In this document: piece after piece, positions 53,286 through 64,000 of the stretch | Position numbering within the stretch: the first letter of the stretch is position 1 | Layout of the letters: each line of letters begins with the position of its first letter | Assembly: GCF_006345805.1 (NCBI RefSeq) | Contig: NC_043000.1 | Span: 43,772,001 to 43,836,000, forward strand | Source: Octopus sinensis | Lineage: Eukaryota | DNA: 64,000 bases | Reading direction: 5' to 3' | Position numbers and translations under genes: made by a program | Notes under the pieces: generated by a model | The model's database searches: none | Told to the model about the DNA's origin: nothing | The model's input: only the letters and a program-made list of their open reading frames with translations

Positions 53286-54464
53286 ACGATATCCGTATAT
53301 GCAAGCGTGAATAAATGCATAAATATATGTGGGTGTGTCTTTATATATGTGCGTGTGTGTGTGTGCATGCTTGTGTGTGTGTATGAAGGCATATTTCTCT
53401 CTCACCTCACAAACACACACACACACACATACACAAACATGCAACCGTGTGAACGCGGAGGTGCGCATCTGTTGGCGGCATCAGGTTGTAGGTGTGTCTA
53501 TGTGTGTGTGTACCTTAAATGTAAGAGTCTTTATCTGGTGCGTGCGCCTGGAAATCTGTTGTGTATGCACATGTATGTGCTCGTATAAGTGCGCAATAAT
53601 ATTTGCTGTTTGTGTGTATGCGTGCGCATATGTGGTGTTTGAGCGTTTAGACACACGTACTTCCGGTGTGAGTGCTCTTCCTCGTATGTGGTATTCGCGT
53701 TTGTGTGTCGTTCCGTGTATATGTATTTGCATCAGGGCATGTAAGTGTATAAGACATACATACGCATACATTCGATTCTGTATGTGCGTCTTTTGTATAC
53801 ACATATAGGACTCGTGTGTACATCGGCAACGCCACCGATCTAGTTACTCCTTGCAAATGTTGTCGCCAATTCGTGGCAACATGTGCTGCACATCTCCACG
53901 TCTATACCTCTGCATCTCAGGACACGCAAATGACTGATGCACACACCAATCTTATATCTGTACACACCAGACGTACACATACACATAAACGCAGCTGCGG
54001 TACTGTTACACACATACCTGAATATATCAATAACCATATTTATTAAAACGTATATGAAATTTCCTAAATATTTAAATTTTTAAAGTTAAGTATTTCACAG
54101 TTAAGTATTTGTCAATAAAATTGAAGCCACAAGAAACACATATCTTTTCACAGATTGAAGCCATCTGTGAATATTTCACAGGCGAGTTACAAAAATATAT
54201 GGATACTGAACGGCATGAAATATTCCGTATTTAAAGCGGCAGATAGCAATGCAGTGACACTAGCATACGAATTGATCAAATTTTTACTCAAAACAAATAG
54301 TAGACGCATACTGATATACTAAATTTCTGATATTGGTATTTACTAAAGAATATATATAATTGGATTGAAATTATATGTACAATCTGTATGTTGAAATAAA
54401 TATGGTTATTGTTTTTATACTTGTGTCTCACTCCCAATCCATCTCATTTTTATGAATTCAAATA

Positions 54465-54548
54465 TAAAAATACTTGGAAACCTGAAGATAAATCTGAGAT
54501 CCGCAACACGTTCGGTCCCGTGAATTTCGGATAAGGGATTTTCAACTA
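54465..54548 (-). mobile_element. Solo terminus of a Tigger/pogo-type DNA transposon
   Basis: Minus strand TA-TAGTTGAAAATCCCTTATCCGAAATTCACGGGACCGAACGTGTTGCGGAT resembles Tigger-family termini (CAGTTGAGTATCCCTTATCCGAAATG..GGGACC). No matching second end found. Confidence 0.6.
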
Positions 54549-56137
54549 TATATACATTCTAAGTTTCAATCTAGTTACCTGTGTGCAAATACTAATAAGA
54601 ATTCCATTGAGTGAATATTTTGTAAAAAAAAAAAAACTGCAGTTTCAGTTGGGCGTTTATAGCTACTAAATTCACATCACCAAAAGGAATGATATGTTTA
54701 ATTTCATTACATCAGTTTGGTATAGCTATGGAAGTCAGTTGACAGATTTGTGTAATATCTGTTATACTTCACTCGGTTGCTGTTCTCATATACAATCCAA
54801 TGAATGTGTTTTGATTGTCTGTAATAAATTGCTGCTACACTGAATATAGTATCTATGTTTGATAACAAGCAAGACATCTAATCTTGACTTTACAGTATCG
54901 ATCTGCACAATAAATCTTGCTCAAATCAATGTTACGTTCCCGTTTGGCATTCAATTTAATGAAATGTGAAAGAAATATATGGAACTACTTATAAACGTTA
55001 ACAGCGCAATGGTGATCTTGAACTCATTAGAAAACATTTCTGGTTGCAGAAAATATATTGCTGTTAAATCATTAGAAATCTGATCGCATATTAACCTGCC
55101 GATATAGCAATATTTTCCTGTAAAAGTTGATATTCCTCTTTCTATTACACGAAGATGAACTAGGATTAAAAGTATGAGAAACCGAGAGGGTAATCCTACG
55201 CCAGATATTACATTTAATTCCTAATTTAACACAAGGTATATAGATATTCAGATGGTTATTATTTCGTCTAACCAACATAATGTAACCCATGCCATCCAAA
55301 TGCGCCAATTTTACATGCATTACTGTAAATTATGTACATCAATCTATTCATTATACAATTTAAATGATTGTTATTTTGAGAACTTTAAAAAAATTCAAAT
55401 ATAGGTGCATAATAAACAAATAAATACGAGTTATACAGAATCAAGGGTGCATCAGAAAAAATATATTGTCGTCCTTAGTTAATATATTTTACGTTATACT
55501 TTCAATATCGTCAGGACCATTTTTGCCTTTTATACTTCTGTGTCCAAAGCCATAAAGTACTGGCGCCTTTTAATCTCATATATTCTACCCAAAATTAAGT
55601 AGCCGTGTGCCAAAGTTAGTAAGCATTATAAATTGAATGCTTTAGTGATTCCCGAGAAACTAGAGATTCGTAATAAATACATTACTGCGTTTATTACCTA
55701 TGTTATGAGTAAATTATGGACACTTCGGTTTTTTTTCTTCAGGCAAAAACGCAGTTATTAGAAACTTCTCTATGAAATCACAACGACTATTTGCCACATT
55801 AATGCCAACTCTAAATTCAAATACATCCACTTAGTATTTCTATCCAGTCTGATTTGGGGCAAATTTATACTGTTAATGTAACGATTGAAATATCATCATT
55901 GATAATGATTGCTATCATTTTCAGAAAATGGCAGTTTTGAGGAAGAAGTGTATCTTGATGAATAGAAATAAGTATTTGATTAGTACTTATTTAATCACAT
56001 TCCGAATGATGAAAGCAGAATTTATTTCAGCGAGATTCTAACTCAGACGGTAAATTAATACAATTAAATAATCTACTTCATTTAATCTGAGACTGTATTC
56101 ATTATGCAATTCCACGAAACACCATGATAATGTATGA

Positions 56138-56162
56138 TCATTATTATTATTATTATTATTAA

Positions 56163-56211
<49 letters not shown>

Positions 56212-56283
56212 AATAATAATAATAAAAATAATAACAACAACAACAACAATAATAATAATAATAATAATAATAAAATGAATAAT
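56138..56283. repeat. (ATT)n immediately followed by (AAT/AAC)n, self-complementary microsatellite
   Basis: Seen directly. Confidence 0.95.
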
Positions 56284-56639
56284 GATAGCGAAATTTCTGG
56301 AATATGCCCATGTATGATATACATTTTCACACAATTTTGATTCGCAACTAAATAAGAGTAATTACTAATAATTTCAGTCCTGTCAGGCTGAAGCACATAT
56401 TTGTGTTCTGTTAGGTTTTCACAAATCGCAATATCTACTTACATGGTTTCCAATAAGTTTGGAGAATCTTGTTTTAGAATATCACTCAAGCATTGTTACA
56501 TTTGAAAACATATTCAGGCTAGCATTGCATTAATGAACGTATGGGAAAATGCAATCTTATATTTATACGTAATTTATTTATAACTTCTCTAAAGATTTTC
56601 TTATCAGTTAAATCTTATGTAATAGAAGATTACCTCATA

Positions 56640-57300
56640 TAGTAAAAGAATGTGGCATGCTGGTACTGAATGTAGAAAGATAGGATTTGAACGTACTGAT
56701 AAATGGTATTAAAGCGAACCTAGTAGAAAGTAAGAAATGTAGGATGTCATGGAACTTTAACATTCCGACTGACAGAGTAATACATATTAGAATGCCGAGA
56801 CTTAGTAGTAGTAGATAAAGAGAAATGAAAGTGCCAAATAATCAACTTTACAGTCACAAATGGTGACAAAATCAATGTGAAAGTTATAGAGAAAATATCA
56901 AATTACCAGACAAACTAGGGTGAGTAATCCACTTGGAATTATGTTGAAAGCTAGGATTTGAACATACTGATAAGTAGAATGAACGTGAATCTTGTAAGGT
57001 ATTAGAAAGTGAGAAATAAAAGATATGAAGGGATCTTAATATTCAGACAGAGTAATAGACGCTAGAAAGCCTGGTGTAGTAATAGTAGATAAAGAGAATA
57101 GAAAGTACCAGATAATTGACTTTACAGACCCAAACGATGGGAAGGTCAATAAGAGATGTAGAAGAAATAGAAAAGTACCGGTTTCTAGCCATTGGATTTC
57201 AGAGACTATGGAAATTTCGGGTAAAATGTATCACTGTAGTTATAGGTCCACTGAGAACTACCCCCAATAATTTCAACCGATGGATCGAGGAAATAGGCAA
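56640..57300 (+). mobile_element. Two tandem diverged R4/Dong-like RLE-domain fragments
   Basis: 56675-56870 and 56946-57300 both encode the ..WDFNIQTDRVIEARRPD(I/V)VVVDKE..QIIDF.. region. The second continues EEIEKYRFLAIGFQRLWK..VVIGPLRTTPNNFNRWIEEIG. Confidence 0.8.
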
Positions 57301-58660
57301 TTATTTTGTTCCTGGGGACAGTTTTTCTTTATATGGCAAGATTCCAGGCACCGATGACACCTAGATGGGAGGGGGGTGCGACCGTCAAGAATCACCGGGT
57401 ACCTGCACCCGGCCATTTTCAAAACATCTGAATAAACCAGATTGCCTGATTGGATCCAAAGGGTCAAAACAGCATTTGACCCAACCCAATTAGCCACAGG
57501 AAAAAAATTCACATTAAGAATCTTGGTTTCGCTGCCACCCAGACCCCGGCGGATAGTTTTATCCCGGGTGGCAACCTCCGGATCCAAGCTTTCGTCAACC
57601 TTCTCCCACAATACGTGGGAAGAAACAAAATTTCCTCGCTCTCCAAGGGCTGACTCGAAAATTTGCGAGCCTTTTCAGGTGTATCAAATAGCAACCACAC
57701 CGTTGCGTATTTGACACCCCTGGAAATGAATTTAATTGTTGGAAATACTCAGCCAGTTCCTTTTCAATTGCCGTCTTTTCGAGTAGGGCGATGGTGTCGA
57801 GTGACTTGGAGTAGGTTCTCAACATCACCGTCCTATTTTCACGGTTTTACAACCACTTTTTGGGTGGTATAATCTCCCACTCCAAAACTTTGTCCGTTTT
57901 CATTGCCATGTTTCCCTTCTTTTTAAACGTTTCGAAAATAATTCAAAATAAAACTTAAAAAGAGAGAAGAAAAAAGATATCAAAAGAATGTCACAATAAT
58001 AATGGAAAGGAGAAAAGGACACATTTCACGAAAAAAGAAAGTCAAATAAAGTTTAGAAGAAAGAAAGTCAATATTTCAGAAACACAGAAAAGAAATCTTC
58101 CGGCCATTCGCTACTCCCAGTTTAGTTTGAACCGAGAGCGCCACAACTGGAACACAACTTCCACAAAAACTGGTATACAAATTGTTCAATCGTCGGAGGC
58201 AAAGACACTCCCCCAAGCAGCAATTCTCACGATTATTTAAAAATTCTTCAAAAAGTGAACAAATTTTTAGTAGGCACAATACTCCTCCAAGCAGCAATTC
58301 TCATAATTAAGTGAGAAAAATATTCATTTAACATAAACCGGTAACTAAGAAGACGTATACGCCCCCCACCAAATTCTCACAATTAAGCGAGAAAAAATAT
58401 TTGCTACATGCAGGTAGATCCAGAATTCTGAATCCAGTAGGACTTCCTGCCAGTATATGAAAACAACTCTCAACAAAAATACCCACTGGACCCCAAAAAC
58501 AGAATCTTACCTTACAGTGGAGCATCAACATTTTTCAAGTCGAGACGGCTTCAAAAGCACGCCTCCCTACTTTGGTGCCAAACACCACAATTACTCGCGC
58601 ATGCGAAGTGGAAGCAAACTTCTTACCACACGCCACGTGTCCACCTGATTTTCATTCTTG
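57300..58660 (-). mobile_element. Tx1/L1-like non-LTR element, 5' UTR and degraded ORF1 with CCHC knuckle
   Basis: FSSQPLESEEILFLPTYCGRRLTKAWIRRLPPGI.. and YPVILDGR..CHRCLESCHIKKNCP. Three ~75-bp degenerate repeats (CAAGCAGCAATTCTCA..) at 58205-58400 upstream of ORF1. Confidence 0.7.
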
Positions 58661-60139
58661 AGGTTTCGACAAACTCCGAACCAATGTTATGCTTTCTCGA
58701 TATTTATTCCCTTAATTTTCGAATATATTCAATAGCTGATTAAAATTCAGGTGCATTTGCAAACTCAATACACACTTCATATTTCAAAGTGTGTATTTAG
58801 ATAATCGTTGCAATAACCTACATGGGGTAATTTTGGATATTACAAAAGGCGGAAATTAAACGAATAATTTTAAAGAAATTCAGAAATTTGCACGGAAATA
58901 CCTTAAACCAAGAAGTGTTGTTACACATCATCTCCTATATTAATATAAAATTTATCATAGATGTAAGTAATTTCCTACGACTTATGTTATGCTTATAAAG
59001 GGATACATTTGGGCATTTATTGAATAAGAACCTTGTAAATAGCTTATTCAAGCTGAAAGAATTATATAGAAATTGCTTGATGATTATAATTTTCAAAAAC
59101 ACCAATTTTTGCGTACTTTTAGTGATGATATTTGATAGTAATATATTTATGAATAATATTATATTGATATTGTATCAAGTACATTTCAGTTGTTGAGTAA
59201 AGAGTATTAAAACGAACTCAATATTAGCTATTATTCCCCTTTTAATATTCCATTTCACGTTACTATTATTACTTGAAATACAATACATAATTATATGTAC
59301 CAATATAAATTTATTGCATAATTAACCTTTGTTGCTCAAAACTACACTTCCTCAAAAAGGAAGTATATCACCACTATCTCTGCTTAAACTGGCAATATTT
59401 CATTAGCATTTTTGAGAATAGATTTACATTCACTGGATAAGCATATAAAAATGCAAGATCTTACGGGTTTTACATTTTCGGTAGTAGATCGAGAATTTGT
59501 TGTGCAGTAGATAAAGGACTATTTGTTAACAGTTTCAAGTAGCCTTGTATAACTAAATAAACGTTCGAAATTTCATGATGTAGAGCGTATTAAATTTGTA
59601 TATAAAACAATTTCGTTAGCAGAACTTTTGTATTGACTTCATGTTAATATATTTTCCTAATGTTTGCAAATGTGAACACATGATCTAATAAAGGAAGTGT
59701 TAATCGATTATGATAATTACCTTTCAGTCTGTACATACAAATTAAACATTTTCTAGGGTAAATCTTGCTGTTCATAAGTTGAAGGTCACTATAGAGGTAG
59801 AATACGGGGCCAATTTTGATCCATTATTTTGATTTAATAAGAGTAGATAAGTGCAATATTATTTCCTATTCTCGTATTCACCTGATGTGTATAACTTTAC
59901 CGGCAGACAACCAGCTCTCTCAACATTTGCACAGAAGCTAATCTGCTCTTTATCAAATAGATCCCATATTAAACTAAATGTGGAACAGTACACATTTAGT
60001 TTGTCAGGGGAAAATGGAGGACATTCGTTATAATTTGATTCTTTTATTAGTTATTTTTCCCATCCTCACCCCAAAGTAGCATTTACATACTCAGTCAGGT
60101 ATGTGATACTTTTCAAAACAATTTATTAATTACCTAGCA

Positions 60140-60327
60140 GAGACACCAGGCGTTGTTGGGGAATAAAATAGTACTTCCCTGTACTTATTCTATCTGTCTC
60201 TTTTGCTGAACCGCTAAGTGACGAGGACATAAACACACAGCATCGTTTGTCAAGCGATGTGGGGGGGGGACAAACACAGACACACAAACACACACACACA
60301 CACACCCATAAATATTAAATATATATA

Positions 60328-60367
<40 letters not shown>

Positions 60368-60527
60368 TATGACGAGCTTCTTTCAGTTTCCGTCTACCAA
60401 ATCCACTCACAAAGCTTTGGTCGGCCCGAGGCTATAGTAGAAGACACCTGCCCAAGGTGCCACGCAGTGGGACTGAACCCGGAACCATGTGGTTGGTAAA
60501 CAAGCTACTTACCACAGCCACTCCTGT
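60140..60527 (-). mobile_element. SINE family A
   Basis: TTCAGTTTCCGTCTACCAAATCCACTCACAAAGCTTTGGTCGGCCCGAGGCTATAGTAGAAGACAC..GGGACTGAACCCGGAACCATGTGGTTGG..ACAGCCACTCCTG. Confidence 0.9.
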
Positions 60528-60849
60528 ACTTCATAAAACGAGACGTAAACATTAGGATATTTACTCTAAACACCTACATGTGTTATTTAGTAACCGTTTT
60601 CACATTCTCTTTCAGAATTTACCCTAAACACCTGCCTATTTTATTTATTAATCGTTTTAACTTTTCCTTTTAGAATGAAAATTGAAGAAACCTAATAAGA
60701 AATATTTCTTTTTATTAATCACTCTAAAATTAGACCGAAGGATTTTTGTTAGCTTAAGGAAGCTATCCATACTTTCTTTAAACAATACCCTACTCATATA
60801 AATAAGATTGCTTAGGTTTTGTTGTCTTTCTGATGTCCACTAATCATAA

Positions 60850-62150
60850 ATGACCTGCATGCCAAGATTCTAGCGAAAACATTGCGCTACATATGAATCA
60901 AGATTTAAAAGATGTTGAGGAATTCTTCTATTCTATGCCCAAAGAAGTCACACGACGTACCATCAAATGAAAGGATGAGCATATATGAGCAGGGGTCTTT
61001 GCATGGATATATCAGTAGAAATATTTGAGTTGATAGTAACATTGATCAGCAAAGCAGTCAATTATGGACCAATAGCCGGAGTACAACCTCCCACTTAGAA
61101 AGGTATGCGTTTGCAATCCAGGAACAGAAAATATCAGCCAAACACCTGGTGTAAAAAAGGGATAGAAATGCAGGAAGAGCAGTAAAATGTGACAATCGAT
61201 GCACACATTGTGATTTAACACCGAATATATCACCCACATCATAAACAGTTGTCGGAAAATGTCATCACGGTATCATCTGCCGATGACACATGACGTTGTA
61301 GCTAGGACGCTATATAATGAAACCCGTTAGCGAAATAAGAACCCACAGTATCGGAGCAGTTATACCAAATCATAATAAAAAGGAATAACTGTTGGAATAT
61401 CCTCAATAAAATGCAAGCACAACAGGCCTGGGATTCAAAAGAGAAAATGTGTACAGTTGTGGCAATCAGCTGCTCGGTGGATTTTAACATAAAGCTGAAG
61501 TTCTGTGAAAAAGAGAATACCTACGCTGAACCATAGAGAAATTCGCAGTTACCCTATTCAGATTACAAGTTCAGGTTTATACCTGTAATTATCAAAGCCC
61601 TGGGAACAGTAACAGTAAATACCAGTCTTAAGAAATTAAGCTTCTCAAAACGAGAAAAGAGAAAGCTATTTCGAAAACTAGAGATTTAATCCGTCACTGT
61701 AAATGCACAAATCTGTAAAACTTTATCGGACGTTCATCATTTAAGTATATATGAACATATGTAGATATACAATTATATACATGAGAACGCATACATAAAA
61801 CAACATATACATACAGACAAAATTACCCGGTTGTTGAAAATAGCCTGATACTGAACTTCCAATGAAGGAATCTTGGATCTAGGTTAGAAACAGAGTTTTT
61901 TCTATATTGGCAAGAAATCTTGAAATAAAACTGCATAATGACATACATATAGAGTACACCTTTACTCATAGAAATTTAGATGACTTCAAGTGCGTATATA
62001 AGTGCGTTTACGTGTGCGAATTTGTGTTTGCTTTTTTACATGTGTGTGTATTGTGTTATTTCTCTGTGGGAGCGTGTTTTTATTCATACAAGCATGCTTG
62101 CATATCTCTATGTATCCCTACACTCCCATAATTCTTACACGCAGTAACCA
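60850..62150 (+). mobile_element. R4/Dong-like element 3' end (zinc finger + RLE + 3' UTR), degraded
   Basis: SHLERYAFAIQEQKIS..KRDRNAGRAVKCDNRC, HNRPGI..VAISC..EKENTYAE..DYKFRFIPVIIKALG..KICKT. Same family as 31.05-32.45 kb. Confidence 0.88.
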
Positions 62151-62899
62151 GCAGAAATGTATACTAACGTAATTAAACCAATCACCTTTTATAAGAAACG
62201 AAGGTAAGAGTTTTTTGGCCTAAACTGATCGAATAATTCATATTTTATTTGCTTTGTAACTCTCAGATTCAAATTGATAACTTATGAGAAGAAATTTCCA
62301 CTAGAAAATTCAATTAAATAATTTGACAACCAAATTAAATAAAAATAAACAGAAATTATATAATTTCTAAATTAAGTAACAGAAATTGATCATACCAACT
62401 TGTAATTTATTAATAATTGCAAAAATGTTCCGTAATGGACTGGGCTATCTATGAGAAAATGATGATTGATTTTCATTGAACAATGGAATAATTTGTTTTA
62501 TTCTTGGGTGACATTATTATAATCGATTCAATTTATTCTAGGGTGCAACTTGTAATTTTTTCCTCGATCCCTCAGTGATAATGAAGCAGTAAACACAATT
62601 CAGCACTTAAGCTCCAAATATGGAATATTGGAAATATAGAATATTGAAATATGCTCAGAATTTTAAACCATACCTCAGAGGGTTCAGCGTTTTCCGCTCG
62701 ATTCCACTCTTACTTCTCCTCATAGAGCAAGTAGGCTCTTAAATAGAAAGGTAGAGTTCTGGTAGAATGCATTGTTGTTTAATTAGCAATTCATGCTATT
62801 CTATTCAAATGCTTGCTAAATATCAAGCTCTCACAATATAGACGATTTCTGTTTGTAAGCTTTGTAAGATCGTCATCTGAAACGTCCATACTAACCAAG

Positions 62900-63110
62900 A
62901 TACTCAAGGATTATGACAAAAGACATTTTCTTTTTCGACATTTATGGTCCACACACTTATTCCACCAGAGTAGGAGTGCTTGGATACTATTAATGAAGAG
63001 AGATATCACCTCATCAGAATTACGAAACTGGCTCACAGTCAAATGTTACTATTTATTTTTGACGTCTTCTTTGAAGAGTTACTTGCATGCTTCCAGGAAA
63101 TACATAAATT
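62900..63110 (-). mobile_element. Mariner transposase C-terminal fragment
   Basis: Minus strand ..EDVKNK..SIQALLLWWNKCVDHK (the GIQALV.RW.KC C-terminal mariner motif). Confidence 0.6.
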
Positions 63111-64000
63111 TCTAATAAGACGGGTTTGTACATACCACGCACAGATACATGCGTAATCCTACTTACATTGTATCTGATCTCTTTCTGTTAATTGAAAGCT
63201 TTCTGTTAATTGAAATATGAATTGGAAGAGACACATTAGGACGTAGTCATGTTATCCAGCAAAGTGGTAAAAATGAGGTGACAGTTATGTCGGACGCATG
63301 TAAACTGAATACCTAGCATGAATGCGGAAATATGACTAATGCAATAAATCTACATGTGCGAAACATCACAAACGAAGTTCTGAGAATATACGAGTGTGGA
63401 AAACTAGATGTTTAGCTTTGGTTTGATGGTGGCAGTCAAGAGCAATTTGAAAACTTATCATATGATGTGCAAACGATGATAAACGATGATATTTTCTACG
63501 AGTGGCATTGGCAAAGAAAGAAAAAAAAGACATGGCGAACACGAGTATGTTTGCACTTCTGTATTACTGCGTGTGACTATACTTTTTCCTTCATATTTTA
63601 TTTGGCTCTCACTCCCGTTTGCCTCTCATCTCAAATGTTCTGGCTTTTTTACTTTCGCTTCTCTTTTGGTTGATCATTAAAAAGTTTAGTGTTTCTATAT
63701 TATACATCTCGTATATTACATAACTCTTCACCTGCCGTTCAAAATACATAACGTTCTTTACTTCTCATAACATCTCTCACTGTACGATATCTCTGTGTGC
63801 AATCAACCAACCATATCCTGTTCAACTTTATAACATTATTGACTAATGATTTCATGAACAGCATGGTAACATTTGTATAAATTAACTAATTCTGAAATAA
63901 GTAATCACTCCACAATTTATATTATTTACTTCCGCACAGTAATATTTAACAAACCGTACGCCCCACTGCCTTCGTATCCTCGATGTCATTGAATTTGTTA

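Noticed and set aside
61855-61900. CCAATGAAGG..GAAAC in the R4 3' UTR as a possible hammerhead
   Set aside because: The core deviates at several invariant positions, and no credible stem II, stem III or NUH is present.

Overview
This is AT-rich eukaryotic DNA, dense in microsatellites. The repeat families and the divergent GC-expanded 28S sequence suggest a coleoid cephalopod, probably Octopus; that is recognition from memory, not a database hit. I found no intact host protein-coding gene, and most of the supplied ORFs are artefacts of microsatellites or SINEs. The window is a transposon graveyard. It holds two Penelope-like elements (RT/GIY-YIG), five R4/Dong-like non-LTR fragments, two Tx1/L1-like fragments and a 1.3-kb LTR-PBS-gag-LTR Gypsy remnant. 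It also holds several Tc1/mariner/maT relics, hAT and Tigger-type non-autonomous pieces, and about 12 copies of three tRNA-derived SINE families. A ~650-bp 28S rRNA 3'-region pseudogene lies at 6.3-6.95 kb. The most interesting signal is RNA-level: several minimal type I hammerhead ribozyme motifs. One, at 19.7 kb, has a complete core with a compensatory U3-A8 pair. Another, degenerate, sits in a ~345-bp composite at 44.4-44.75 kb (tRNA-like Pol III head + (AAT)n + hammerhead + Penelope-style inverted terminal copy). That composite may be a ribozyme-bearing SINE mobilised by Penelope elements. Inverted duplications able to form long dsRNA also recur. Coordinates were read by eye and are approximate (about 10-30 bp) unless a motif is quoted.
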